The position numbers and the translations under genes are program-made. The notes beneath the pieces are model-generated. The model did not search any database, was not told where the DNA came from, and worked only from the letters and a program-made list of their open reading frames with translations. Below are positions 13,040 through 27,069 of a stretch of DNA of 64,000 nt, one piece after another; position 1 is the first letter of the stretch; each line of letters starts with the position of its first letter. The DNA comes from Octopus vulgaris (lineage: Eukaryota): NCBI GenBank assembly GCA_951406725.2, contig OX597833.1, positions 20,584,001-20,648,000 of the forward strand. Direction: 5' to 3'.

Positions 13040-13456
13040 GGGCGCAGTCGAGGATGTGTGGTAAGAAGCTTGCTTCCCTACCATATGGTTCCGGGTTCAG
13101 TCCCACTGTGTGGTACCTTAGGCAAGTGTCTTTTTACTATAGCCTCGGGCCAACCAAAGCCTTGTGAGTGGATTTGGTAGACGGAAACTGAAAGAAGCCC
13201 GTCGTATGTATATATATTTATGTGTGTGTGTTTGTGTTCGTCACCCCATGATGGTATGTTTGTCCCCTCGATGATGGTATGGTTATGTACCCGTTACTTA
13301 GGCAAAAAGAGACCGATAAGATAAGTTCTAGGCTTACAAAGAATAAGACCTGGGGTCGATTTCTAAGACCTGGGGTTGATTTCTAAAACCTTTTAATACG
13401 GTGCTCCAGCATGTCCACAGTCAAATGATTGAAACTTGTAAAAGAAGAATAAAAGA
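13040..13456 (+). mobile_element. SINE family B
   Basis: Homologous to 4140-4632 and 18068-18467. Confidence 0.8.
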
Positions 13457-13651
13457 AAAATGTATATATTTATTATTATTACTATTTAAAAACAGTTTCA
13501 TTCAGCCCCATGGAACCTAATGGAGGCAGATTCCTGTAACGAACCCACGAAGCTTGAAGTTGCATGGCGCCGAATCAAACGGTTTTTTAAATAATGATAA
13601 AGCTAACTCCTACTAAATGTATTGAGCGTCTCTTTCTTTCGTTTGCCTACC

Positions 13652-14125
13652 CATGTATGTATGTATGTATGTATGTATGTATGTATGTATGTATGTATGT
13701 ATGTATGTATGTATGTATGTATGTATGTATGTATGTATGTATGTATGTATGTATGTATGTATGTATGTATGTATGTATGTATGTATGTATGTATGTATGT
13801 ATGTATGTATGTATGTATGTATGTATGTATGTATGTATGTATGTATGTATGTATGTATGTATGTATGTATGTATGCATGCATGCATGCATGCATGCATGC
13901 ATGCATGCATGCATGCATGCATGCATGTATGTATGTATGTATGTATGTATGTATGTATGTATGTATGTATGTATGTGTGTATGTATGTATGTGTGTATGT
14001 ATGTATGTATGTATGTATGTATGTATGTATGTATGTATGTATGTATGTATGTATGTGTGTATGTATGTATGTATGTATGTATGTATGTGTGTATGTGTGT
14101 ATGTATGTGTGCATGTATGTATGTA
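13652..14125. repeat. (TATG)n/(CATG)n compound microsatellite
   Basis: Direct reading. Confidence 0.95.
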
Positions 14126-14291
14126 CACACAACTACATACGTCTTGATATTAGATCACCATGTCACGCACATATGGTTGTGATGCGTGTGCCTGGTACAC
14201 CCTTATCAGACGGGTAGTCATGATGAGTAGATTGGGCTTCGTATATTTGTACTCCAGTGTCGCATTGTTGGCATGCGTTGCTCTCTCACTG

Positions 14292-14355
<64 letters not shown>

Positions 14356-14497
14356 TTATGTAGAAAAATACAAACTGGGACAAGAACATAAAACATTTAG
14401 AAGACGATATAAAAAACACGGACGGGACATTCGAAGCCTTCAATCTTCAGTCAAGAACCGGATCATCGTACCAATTTCGGCTGATTAATCTTGAGGC

Positions 14498-14600
<103 letters not shown>

Positions 14601-14703
14601 ATATATATATATACATATATATATATGTATGTATGTATGTATATATATATACATACATATATATATATATATATGTATGTATATATATATACATACATAC
14701 ATA

Positions 14704-14763
<60 letters not shown>

Positions 14764-14780
14764 CATATATGTATATACAT

Positions 14781-14811
<31 letters not shown>

Positions 14812-14834
14812 TATATATATATACATACATACAT

Positions 14835-16916
14835 ACAGAGGTTGGCACTGTTAATCGAAAAGTTAACTTGATTAATTGTTAATCCGTTAATTCTTTGAAA
14901 ATGAACGGAAATTAGCGTTAATCCGTTAACGTTTACTTTTATTGTAAAAAGGAATAACTACAATTTAGTACCCCGCCGATTTGTTGCCTCATAACTTCCA
15001 GAAAAATGGATAACTTTTAACAAAACTTTTACCAAATAATCGCTTATATACTGAGGATCGAGTGTATGTAAAGATTTATTTGAAAAATTTTTCCGAGGGG
15101 TTGGGGAGAGGAGTTTCGGTAAATTCACAGGACTCGACATTTCCCCACTTCATAACTTTCTGGAAGATAGGTATTTCTTAATGAAATTTTATACAAATAC
15201 TTTTAAAATGGTGTAGATTACGATTACAAAGAAATTTGTAGGCTAAATTTTTGGAAGGGGGTGGGAGGGGTAGGGGTGGAGGAGTTTCTGGGAAACGGAG
15301 TTTCGGGTCAGAGCACCCAGATAACTTGGAATTTCTCCATTTTGACGGGGATTTTTTCCAATGTTTTTCATCAAAGCCGTCTAAATGATGGGAGGTATCT
15401 TTTCACGAAAAAGAAAGAAAAAAATTTGAAAATGTTTTTTTTCACTACGCACTTAAAACTCACGAGAGAAACATTTTCGATTAAAAAAAAAATTGTTAAT
15501 GATTTTAGAGGAAAATGTATAATTTAAGGGATATCTAGCTGTTGTTTCTAGCACATCCCAAAGCTTCCCTTCTCATTTCTTTCTCACTCACACATCTATT
15601 GATATTTTTCAATATTTTTCTCCCCACAAACAAATTTTATGGAATAATGACGCCAAAGTGTAGTCCCAACCGAGCGAGGCCGTGTTATGTGTATGTGTAA
15701 GAAAAAAAGCACCTAAAAACATTTTTGTGTTCATATTAATCTGTCTAATGTAATGCTTATTTGTTCATGTTATCTTGAATTATTCAGGTTCAAGAGGAGT
15801 GTCCATAACATTTGTTTGTAACTTTGTAAATTTTTTACATGCAGATTTTAAATTTTGTCAGTGGGTGCTTTATATACCACTGGTTTATATTTATGTAATT
15901 TTAGCTGATTGTGTTGAGTAAATTTGACTTTTATGGGCAGGTAAATTTAATTAACAGGTGTAAAAGCTATAACATTATGGATAAACACTAAAATTGAAAT
16001 TCTCAATGCCTCTTAACTGCTTGATTTTTTACTAAAATTATCCCAGATGGCAACCAATAAAAATTTTGCCACTTTTCAAGATGAGGTACGTTAATTTGAA
16101 TTAATTAAAATAAAGGTATAATCGGTACAAGGTTTTATTCTTTCGGTAAATATTTCGTACCTCGGTGGGGAATAATTTTTTCCACAGTTTTTTTTTTCGG
16201 TTTTCAAACTATCTGATCTCCAAACCCGTTGCAAGCCACTTTTTTCTGGAAACCTCGAAGATTCCCACCAAGGGAGTTTTGTCTCGCGGGTCTTTTTTTT
16301 TTTCTTTTCCAGGTTATTTAGCATGCTTTCAACGAATGTGACATCGAAATCACGCGTAAACGACTCCGTTTTCCAGTAAAGAATGATTTGGCTGCTATTT
16401 CTAGCATGCCCTGCTACCATGTAACAGCTTCACACCGAAATATTTACCAACTTTTTTCCTTCCAGCTTTATGGAAGTCAATATTTTCTCTGTTGCCATCC
16501 ACCTCAGTGAGGTCACGGATCAAGTGGAAACATAAATCACCGTTCTCTCATGACAGGACAAAGAAATTTGTCGCTGTCTTGGCAAGCAACAAGCGGGTAG
16601 ATTTGATTTCAAATCCAGGCAGGGTCAAACGAGGTACTATAAGTTATTTATAATTATAACTGACGTTATTTCGGGGTTGAAAGAATGACGCGTACAATAT
16701 GAAATAAGCTAAGACAATCTGAAAACGATAAACTTTTAAACGTTTACCGGTTTTTATGAAATTTGGGTCAACGGACCTAAGTTAACAGAAACTAAATGTA
16801 ATGGAAGTTAATTAGTCCAATAATGATTTTCAAAGTTGACTAAAAAGTTAAATCGTTAACGAAAATCCTAACTTCGTTAATTAACGATCAAGGAATTAAC
16901 GGACTTACTCCCAGCA

Positions 16917-16918
<2 letters not shown>
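14835..16918. mobile_element. Degenerate TIR DNA element (hAT-MITE-like) with a probable nested ~1.7-kb non-autonomous element (14953-16648)
   Basis: Subterminal inverted similarity TCCGTTAATTCTTTG...CGTTAACG (14880-14940) vs CGTTAACG...CAAGGAATTAACGGA (16845-16905); inner ends AATAACT..TAGTACCCCG / CGAGGTACTATAAGTTATT. Confidence 0.5.
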
Positions 16919-16965
<47 letters not shown>

Positions 16966-17060
16966 TATATATGTTCCATTCTAGCAAAAACTGTCTGATG
17001 AACGGCAACGAGAAACTCAGAGTAACAGATTTTGTTGAATTTTCTGCTGCTTAAAATAAA

Positions 17061-17116
<56 letters not shown>

Positions 17117-17241
17117 ATACATACATACATATGTACATACAAATATATACATACACATATACATACATATGTATTTATGTATGTATGAATGAATGTATGT
17201 ATGTATGTGTGTATGTATGAGTGTGTATGTATGTATGTATG

Positions 17242-17272
<31 letters not shown>

Positions 17273-17866
17273 GTATGCATGTATGCATGCATGCATCTAT
17301 GTATGTATGTATGTATGTATGTATGTATGTATGTATGTATGTATGTATGTATGTATGTATGTATGTATGCTTAAAATAAAACCTTATATGTATCAAACAT
17401 GTACCTTGATGTCATAAAAAACACACCAGAATTCAGCGACGCAATTTCAGGAAAAAGATGTTTTTAGTGTATTAAAACATCTAATACGGGCCTGTATTTC
17501 GTAAAAGGACTCAGTGATTTTTAAAGATATTCCTTCGAAAAAAAAATAGCATCTTATATAAATATAAAAAAAAATACGTCTTTTATGTCACCAAATACAG
17601 CAATTAAAATTTAGCTAAGCACTTTATGCTTTAAGTCATGTTAAACTACAGAGCCTCTATGAACCGTATTGTTCACATATATGTTGCCATGGTATCCACA
17701 TATATTTAAACACACGTTTACAACAAAGATTTTCGTCATATCAGTTCTTTATGATCTAGTAAAAATCTTTTAAAACCTTTTATCTTGCTCATCAATAATC
17801 CTATTTTTAATCATCCAGACATTATTAACAATTTGTATTCATTATTAACAATTATTTAGTTTCATT

Positions 17867-18890
17867 AAGGCGGCGAGTTGCAAGAATCGTTCACACGCCA
17901 GGCAAAATGCTTATCGGCATTTCGTTCGTCTTCACGTTCTAAGTTCAAATTCCGTGGAGATTGACTTTGCGTTTCATCCTTCTGGGGTCGATAGAATAAG
18001 TGCCAGGAGAGGACTGGTGTTGATTTAATCAACTTACCGCTTCTCCCGAAATTAATTATTAATAGATAGGCGCAGGAGGGGCTGTGTGGTAAGTGGCTTG
18101 CTTACTAACCACATGATTCCGGGTTCAGTCCCACTGCGTGGAACCTTGGGCAAGTGTCTTCTACTATAGCCTCGGGCCGACCAAAGCCATGTGAGAGGAT
18201 TTGGTAGACGGAAACAGAAAGAAGCCCGTCGTATATATGTATATTTGTATATTTGTGTGTGTGTGTTTATGTTTGTCCCCCCACCAACATCGCTTGACAA
18301 CCGATGCTGGTGTGTATACGTCCCCGTAACCTAGCGGTTCGGTAATAGAGACCGATAGAATAAGTACTAGGTTTACAAAGAATAAGTCCTGGTGTCGATT
18401 TGCTCGACTAAAGGCGGTGCTCCAACATGGCCGCAGTCAAATGACTGAAACAAGTAAAAGAGTAAAAGATATTTTAAAGTGGAGGCGCATGGCTTAGTGG
18501 TTGGGATGTTGTACACATGATCAGAAGATTGTGGTTTCGATTCCTGGACCGTATGATGTGTTGTGTTTTTAATTAAAAACATTTCATTTCACGTTGCTCC
18601 AGTCCACTTGGCTGGTAAAGATGAGTAACCCTGGGACGGACCAGCGTCCCCCGTTCCGTCCAGGGCATAATGTATTCCTTTACTTGTTTCAGTCATTTGA
18701 CTGCGGCCATGCTGGAGCAACACCTTTAGTCGAACAGATCGACCCCAGGACTCATTCTATGTAAGTCTAGTGCTTATTCTATCGGTCTCTTTTGCCAAAC
18801 GGCTAAGTTACGGAGACGTAAATGCACCAATATCGCTTGTCAAGCGATGTTAGGGGGACAAACACAGACACACAAACATACACACACAAA

Positions 18891-18954
<64 letters not shown>

Positions 18955-19525
18955 GACAGTACGACAGGCTTCTTTCAGTTTCTGTCTACCAAGTCCACTC
19001 TCAAGGCTTTGGTCGGCGGAGGTTATAGTAGAAGTCACTTGTCCAAGGTGTGACGCAGTTGGACTGAACCCGGAACCATGTGGTTCGTAAGCAAGCTACT
19101 TACCACACAGCCACTCCTGTGCCTATATATATATATTTCTTGCGAGCTGGTTGAATCGTTAGCACGTCGAGCGAAATGCTGTCGTTATGTTCTGAGTTCA
19201 AATTCCGCCGACGTCGATTTTGCCTTTCATCCTTTCGGGGTCGATAAATTAACTACCAGTTACGCACTGGGGTCGATATAATCGACTTGATCTGTTTGCC
19301 TGTCCTTGTTTGTCCTCTCTGTGTTTAGCCCCTTGTGGGTAGTAAAGAAATATGTATTTCGTCTGTCGTTACGTTCTGAGTTAAAATTCCGCTGAGGTCG
19401 ACTTTGCCTTTCTTCCTTTCGGGGTCAATTAAATAAGTACCAGCTACGCACTGGAGGTCGATGTAATCGACCTAATCCCTTTGTTTGTCCCCTCTATGTT
19501 TAGCCCCCGGTGTGCAATAAAGTAA
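17867..19525. mobile_element. SINE pile-up: A(+), B(+, 18068-18467), C'(+, 18481-18670), B(-, 18678-19122), A dimer(+, 19140-19525)
   Basis: Each segment matches other copies in the window. Confidence 0.85.
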
Positions 19526-19952
19526 TATATATACATATATATATATTTCTTTTTTATCTTTTACTACTTGTTTCAGTCATTAGACTGCAGCTATACTGGA
19601 GCACCACCTTGGAGACTTTTCGAATGCATCAACCCCAGTACTAATGCTTTTTTTAATTTTAAGCCTCGTGCTTACCCTATCGGTTATTTTGCCGAAGTAT
19701 GGATGACAAACACTGACACAAAGACACACACACACACACACGCGCCCCTCCCACACGAACACACACACATACACACACACACACACACACTTACACAGTA
19801 ATGCCTTGATTTACAAGTTAATTTATTCCCGGAGATCGCTCGTAAAGCGAAAAATCGTAAAACAGAGCAATAATTTCCAATAGTAGCAATGATAGAAATC
19901 GTAATTCGTTCCCAGGAAAATTATTTTACCTATAAAATTTATAACACTCGTA

Positions 19953-20229
19953 ATCTAGAAAAGCTCTCGGAGAGCAGACCTCCGCCACGCAGCTCATTTC
20001 CACCTTTATACATGCATGATGAAAAACGCCCAATTTCCCAAACCAACACCGGCCATGTCTAATTTAATAGCACCACCTGGAAGAGATGCACAGTTAGCTC
20101 TGGAGAACCGTAGCCCATTCAAGCAGAGAGTTATTATTTTCAGAGACATATCCAGGTGTGGGTGGTTTATCTGTTTTTTGTTGGGGTAATCATCTAGTTT
20201 ATTTGCGTATAGCTTAACAAAGCTATAAC
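19953..20229 (+). mobile_element. Possible CryptonV/LRS-like non-autonomous element end
   Basis: CTAGAAAAGCTCTCGGAGAGCAGACCTCCGCCA resembles (from memory) termini of non-autonomous CryptonV-type repeats; segment ends in the quasi-palindrome TAGCTTAACAAAGCTA. Confidence 0.35.
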
Positions 20230-20807
20230 TTTGTATTCGTTCGATGTGACACACGACGAAAACCTCTCCAGTCACCCTACGATGCTCCATCTCAAGTCAT
20301 ACATCCGGAGATAAAACACTCCAAATCCTAATTGGTGGACGACAAGACACAGTCTCCATCGATAGATTGAAACCGGCCCATATCGATACTGACAGCCCCG
20401 TTCAAGTGGCCAGCCACCAAACAGGGGCCATCCTAGACAGATCACACCAATCCTTGACAAGGAACAGTCACCAAAGAGTCGAGTAACCAGACGCATGGGC
20501 AGGACAATTAAAGCGCCTTCTCGTTTCCAATGACAGTCAACAGTTCGGCGGGAGGGAGCTATGTAGGGCAGGATTCGTGACAGACGAACTGTAGACAGGA
20601 ACTTCGCTGCGGGCCAGCTAAGGAAGTTAACCAGCAGCAAAAAAGGGACTTCCGGGAGGAGAAACCAAAACAAAAAAAATGTTAACAGTGAGTGTGAAAC
20701 GAATCTGAATGAACTAAACAGAAATAACTGACGACTTAAGCCCTGATGTACGTAAAGTAATAAACCTTTGATAAATGTATTCTCGTCTCCACTAATTTCT
20801 TTGCACA
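20230..20807 (+). mobile_element. Gypsy LTR-retrotransposon fragment: integrase C-terminus, PPT and 3' LTR (20562-20807)
   Basis: FVFVRCDTRRKPLQSPYDAP / ILIGGRQDTVSIDRLKPAH (GPY/F-type module), TRRMGRTIKAPSRFQ*, purine tract GCGGGAGGGAG, LTR TGT...ACA with internal AATAAA. Confidence 0.82.
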
Positions 20808-21263
20808 TAGCTTAACAAAGCTATAACGGTATTGAAGGAATATAAATACCAAAAAAAAAAAAAAACAGTTTGAAAACTACTTTTAAGCAAGAAACTCAAA
20901 ACAGAGACACGATTTGTAACTTCTTAATGATTTATAAACACCTAATTATCAAATTGGAAAAATTATCGGAGAAGCCATTCCTGTTCATTTTCTCAATATA
21001 TATATATATATATATATATAAGCAATAATAAATCTCTGAACGAGGTGTAGACAGTAAACGCACGACAATGTGAGGTGTATTTGCCATCTCAATATGGCTA
21101 ACCACTAAGGGTGGATGTTACTGTAGCTTGTAGCCCCAGCTGGCTATAGGCACACTTTCTGTGCCCTATCTGCATACATACATACATACATACATACATA
21201 CATACATACATACATACATGCATACATACATGCATACATACACACACACATACACACACATAC

Positions 21264-21314
<51 letters not shown>

Positions 21315-21824
21315 CACACACACACACGCACAAACTGTTTTTTTATTTAAGCTGCAAATACATCACAAAACTGTTACTCAGTGTTTCACGTTTCCGCTCG
21401 TCGGACACTTCTGATCAAGACTAGATATTAAATTGTTATGGTACATGTAATATATAATTTCAAATAATGCAATTTGACAAATAAGCATTTGAATTTGATT
21501 GGGCAACCTATTTTCAAAACATAGACGCTGCTGTATTCGCTAACGGTTGGGTGCGTTAGGGGTGTATCATTTGAACAGTAAAATATAAATATATTATATT
21601 ATATAATATCGAAAAAACATTCAGTGAAGAAGGGAATAATGTATGTCCAGAAGGGATCAGTGAATAATTAATAATTGCTTGTAGGGCCGTAAGTTTGTTT
21701 TAATAAATTTAAAAACTTTGGATTGAAGAAGTTCCTGGGTTGAAAAATTCAATAACGAGTATATAGAACATATACACACATACATACAAACATTTAAAAC
21801 TATGACTATATAAACATGCGCAAA

Positions 21825-21904
<80 letters not shown>

Positions 21905-21947
21905 ATGCACACATACTCGCACACGCACACACATATATACATATAGT

Positions 21948-22180
21948 AGAGGCGCGTGGCTTAGTGGTTAAGGTGTTGGACTCATGATCATAAGATAGTG
22001 GTTTCGATTCTTGAACCAGGCAACGCGTTCAGTTCTTGAGCAAAACACTTCACTTCCCGTTAGCTGGCAAGTATGAGCAATCCTGTGACCGACCTACGTC
22101 CCGTTCCGATGGGGAATATATATGCCATGAAACCGGAAAATCGGCCCCTCATGGGCCAGGCATGGCTCGAGAAGGAAACA
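21948..22180 (+). mobile_element. SINE family C' (tRNA head, V-domain-like tail)
   Basis: GAGGCGCGTGGCTTAGTGGTTAAG A-box, GGTTTCGATTC B-box, GACCTACGTCCCGTTCC tail shared with 18481-18670 and 32827-33330. Confidence 0.7.
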
Positions 22181-22211
22181 TTTAATTAGTATATAAACAC
22201 ACGCACACAGA

Positions 22212-22259
<48 letters not shown>

Positions 22260-22271
22260 TATGTGGAATGT

Positions 22272-22600
22272 GAAAGCACTCCGTCGGTTACGACGACGAG
22301 GGTTCCGGTTGATCTGAATCAACGGAACAGCCTGCTCGTGAAATTAACGTGTAAGTGGCTGAGCACTCCACTGACACGTGTACCCTTAACGTAGTTCTCG
22401 GGGATATTCAGCGTGACACAGAGAGTGACAAGGCCGGCCCGTTGAAATACAGGTACAACAGAAACAGGAAGTAAGAGTGAGAGAAAGTTGTGGTGAAAGA
22501 GTACAGCAGGGATCACCACCATTCCCTGCCGGAGCCTCGTGGAGCTTTAGGTGTTTTCGCTCAATAAACACTCACAACGCCCGGTCTGGGAATCGAAACC
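22272..22600 (-). mobile_element. SINE family C (5'-truncated)
   Basis: Near-identical to 31661-32020 (+) and 40279-40659 (-). Confidence 0.85.
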
Positions 22601-22601
22601 T

Positions 22602-22676
<75 letters not shown>

Positions 22677-22836
22677 CATACATACATACATACATACACA
22701 TATATGTATGTGTATGTATATATATATATATATATACAATTTTGTTCCCGAAAGCTGCTTTTTATATCTTCTGCGGATCGCTTGAATCTCACTCACTTCC
22801 TACACTCTGATCCTTGGATCTTAACTTTACATATCA

Positions 22837-22941
<105 letters not shown>

Positions 22942-23107
22942 TGTGTGTGTATGTGTATGTATGTATGTATGTATGTATGTATGTATGTATGTATGTATGT
23001 ATTCAAGCAATCGATTGATTAGTTGTTAGATATTTAACCGATTGACTATCAATAAAGAAGTGTTATTCAACCAGTGTGTGTGTTTATAAATATTGATCAT
23101 AATGATC

Positions 23108-23953
23108 AAGCCGGCGAGTTGGCAGAAACGTTAGCACGCGGGCATAATTCTTAGCGGTATTTCGTCTGCCGTTACGTTCTGAGTTCAAATTTCGCCGAGG
23201 TCGACTTTGCCTTTAATCCTTTCGGGGTCGATAAATTAAGTACCAGTTGTGCACTGGGGTCAATATAATCGACTTGATCCGTTTGTCTGTCCTTGTTTGT
23301 GTTCTCTGTGTTTAGCCCCTTGTGGGTAGTAAACAAATGGGTATTTCACCCGTCGCTACGCCCTGAGTTCAAATTCCACCGAGGTCGACTTTGCGTTTCA
23401 TCCTTTCGGGGTCGATAAATAATGTACCAGTTACGTACTGGGTCGATCAAATCGACTAGCCCCCTCCCCCAAAATTTCACGCCTTGTGCCTGTAGTAGAA
23501 AGGATTATCGGCATAATGATCTTCAGAACACATGACAAAATATTCATGGGCGCAGGAGTGGCTGTGTGGTAAGTAGCTTGCTTACCAACCATATGGTTCC
23601 GGGTTCAATCCTACTGTGTGGCACCTTGGGCAAGTGTCATTTACTATAGCCTCGGGCCGACCAAAACCTTCTGAGTGGATTTGGTAGACGGAAACTGAAA
23701 GAAGCCCGTCGTATATATGTATATATATATGCATGTGTATGTATATGCTTATGTGTCTGTGATTTCCCCCCAACATCGCTTGACAACCGATGCTGGTGTG
23801 TTTACGTCCCCGTAACTTAGCAGTTCGGCAAAAGAGATCGATAGAATAAGTACTAGGCTTCAAATGAATAAGTCCTGGGGTCGATTTGCTCGACTAAAGG
23901 CGGTGCTCCAGCATAGCCACAGTCAAATGACTGAAACAAGTAAAAGAGTAAGA
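23108..23953 (+). mobile_element. SINE A dimer (23108-23510) followed by SINE B (23547-23953)
   Basis: Dimer junction GTAGTAAACAAATG|GGTATTTC; full-length B copy. Confidence 0.85.
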
Positions 23954-24198
23954 GCGTATATATACATACATGCGCGCGCAGGCACACACACACACAAATG
24001 CGTGAGCATCTTGTCTTTTTGTCTGTGTTTGTTACATCATAGGCGCTTAACAACCGCTGCTGTTTTGTTTACGTCCCCGTAACTAGCGCGTCAGCGAAAG
24101 AGAGAAATAAAGTCTGCACCAAATTTTAAAAATGAGTATTGGCTTCGCTCTGTCCTACTGAAATCATTCAAGGCAGTGCACCAACATGCCCATAGTCC

Positions 24199-24278
<80 letters not shown>

Positions 24279-24447
24279 GAATAAGGTGGAAAGTTTTAGA
24301 ATTCTGAAAGCCCTTTCAAGAATTGATCACATATACCGCAGCAATGTTTCATTTCTGTATTGGATCCATCTTCTGCTTTTTTATTATGGGTATTCAAGTG
24401 CCGCTACATACATACATACATACATACATACATACATACATACATAA

Positions 24448-24600
24448 TTTGTGAGGTTTAAGAGGAGTTCAGGATGCAATTTCGTCGCAAAGGGCCAGAG
24501 CTCTTCTATTCATGTCGGTGACACCTGCACCAGGGCAATGCACCAGTTCACAATTCCATCCTGCTAACCACCTACTTGATAGAGATGGGCATAAAAACTG
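24448..24600 (+). mobile_element. Mariner transposase remnant
   Basis: RPELF...HLHQGNAPVHNSILLTTYLIEMGIKT resembles the mariner HxDNAPxH motif region. Confidence 0.65.
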
Positions 24601-26960
24601 AATTTGGATAATAACAAGGGTGAAGTGTTACATGTTGATGTTTAAATAAATCTTAAACATTTTTACTCTTCTGCTTACAGATTTGGAAAGTGTCTGTTAA
24701 CTGGTAACTTTCTTTGCCTGTAATCCTCAGTTCGTCGAGATCATCATTTACTTGTATAGCGAAAGGCACTGATGAGTACAAGTATAAATGTGTATTTGTA
24801 ATATTCTAGAATTCCGGAATCAGAATTGTATGAATCTCATCAGTTTGGGAAGCACAGTAAACATTACGAGGATTCTCTTCTTCTTTTGTCGAACTTATTC
24901 AAAACAATATTTCGTGGTCATCTATGTATCATAAATAATGTACATGCTATATTGATAGGCCAGTTGCTATGTTTTTGTCCTGGGATAAGATTTAATACAG
25001 AGGTGTTTTAAATACAGAGGTGTTGTGTTAAAAAAACACAATAAATGTCAGAAGAAGACGAAAATTCATCTCAGCAGTGACCAGTGAGAATATTAGACAC
25101 CTTCTTGGGCCTGGTGTGTACTCTCAGCGAGCCACATGTTCGGACGATCATTCGTCGCCTCCAATATAGGAAACAGGAACTAAAAGATTCACTGATGTTG
25201 CGAGAAGCTTCTCAGCGGAATAAAAATTCGGTATAACACTTGAGACAGTATCAGATTAAAATATTCGTCTATATATCATATTTAATGTATACACACTGCA
25301 ATATTTATCCTGCAATAAAATCTCTTAAAGAAGTGCTGCGTTAAAAAACATAATAAATATCAGAAAGAGACGAAACTTTATCCCAGCAGCAGCCAGCGAT
25401 AATGTCCATGAATAATACCCCAGTAACTGGCCTGTTGGCAGTGTATATAGGTTAAGTATGATACATGGATGGTTATTTTGATCAAATATTGCCTCAATAA
25501 CGTATACCGGATTAATTTCAGTATTTTGAGAAAAGTATTTGATAACCATCAACAACAGGTATGCCATCGATATAGTTGTTTCTCGCTTATTAATAAATAA
25601 TATTTATTATGTTACTTTTGGGGGGATCATTACGCCAATAAAACAAACGAACTGGTTGTATTTCACTTTCATTCTTTATTGATTGATTGACTACCATTTA
25701 TTTTTCTGTCTTTGAAATTTATATATTGTTGATAGTGAGTGCAAGTATATGTATGTATGTATACGCATGAGGCAGTATATGTTTGTTGCCGTGTTTTTGT
25801 GTACTGTGTATGCGTGTGCGTGCGCGCATATCTGTTTTCGATTTAAAAGATGCTATAAAGAGCAACAATCCAAGTTAAAATATTCCCTTTAACGATGATC
25901 CTGACGGCTTGAGTAAACCAAACACTTATTGAAGAAGTTTAAGTTTGGATCAACCAAATCTCATTGCATTGTACTAGAAAAGATTCTACAACTCATTAAC
26001 GTTTTATCTTCCAACCTTCATTGACAGGCATTCTACCTAAAGTAATAACTGGCTAAAATAACAAGAAAGTGTGGTTTAAATATTGAAGGGAAACATTACA
26101 AATGTAGAAGTGCGTGCATGAAGCAGTTACCTGCATATTTCGTGAAGTTTTGCAAAACAAATTATCTTCTAGTTTATGGAGTTTCTTGGCTATATTCGAC
26201 AAACATTTCCAACATAACGGAGATGTGCTTGCGTGGCGAGTGTTTTCCTCTGAGATTGTGGGCTGAAACTAAAACGATTGCAGCATAGAAGGTACACGTC
26301 AGCCGTTCAGAAACACACAGAAAATGTTAACTTCATTTAAACATTTATGTTTGTAATATGGTGTCAAACTTTTTCTAGCTCGAAACTTTGACCTGACCAC
26401 TGACAACGTTGCATTACATCTCTTCCAATATTATGGACAGCTTGCATTGCTGTTATGATGAAAATGCTTAGAAACCCTACCCGTTTTTCACTATGGAGGA
26501 GAGTAATGAAATTGAAACTCACTTTGGAAGTACGGCTACAGAGTCAACAGAACAGTTGCTGGACTGATTTTTCTCTTTAACATTTGCCAAGTGAAGAAAA
26601 CTGGATTCTGATGACAAAATCGAGTTACCAAATGGTGTTCTTGTATAAAAAAAAAGAGGAATTGATAAATCAAATTTTTAGCAGCCAAAATGATACTGCA
26701 ACCTTCAAAGACCATACAGTAGTATCCTTTTTCAACTCATCTGCTGATTCTTGAAACGAGGAAATTAGCATATCTGATGGAGAAACATTCACTTAGAAAG
26801 GCAACGATTTCTACTACGATGAATCCAATCAGTACAGTTAACCTTAAAAAGTTTCAAAACAGCTCCATCTTGCGGGGAGCTCTCTAAAAGAGAATTTGTT
26901 TTAATAATACTGAAGTGTATTAAAGTAATAGAAAGCATAGAAGGAATGAGTTTACATTCT

Positions 26961-27008
<48 letters not shown>

Positions 27009-27069
27009 CGAGCTGGCATAAACGTTAGCACGCCGGGCGAAATGCTTAGCGGTATTTCGTCTGCCGTTA

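Noticed and set aside
24770-24810. CTGATGAGTAC hammerhead start
   Set aside because: No downstream GAAA or stem III.
26400-26900. Coding-like composition
   Set aside because: No ORF of 60 aa or more in the track and no recognisable domain.
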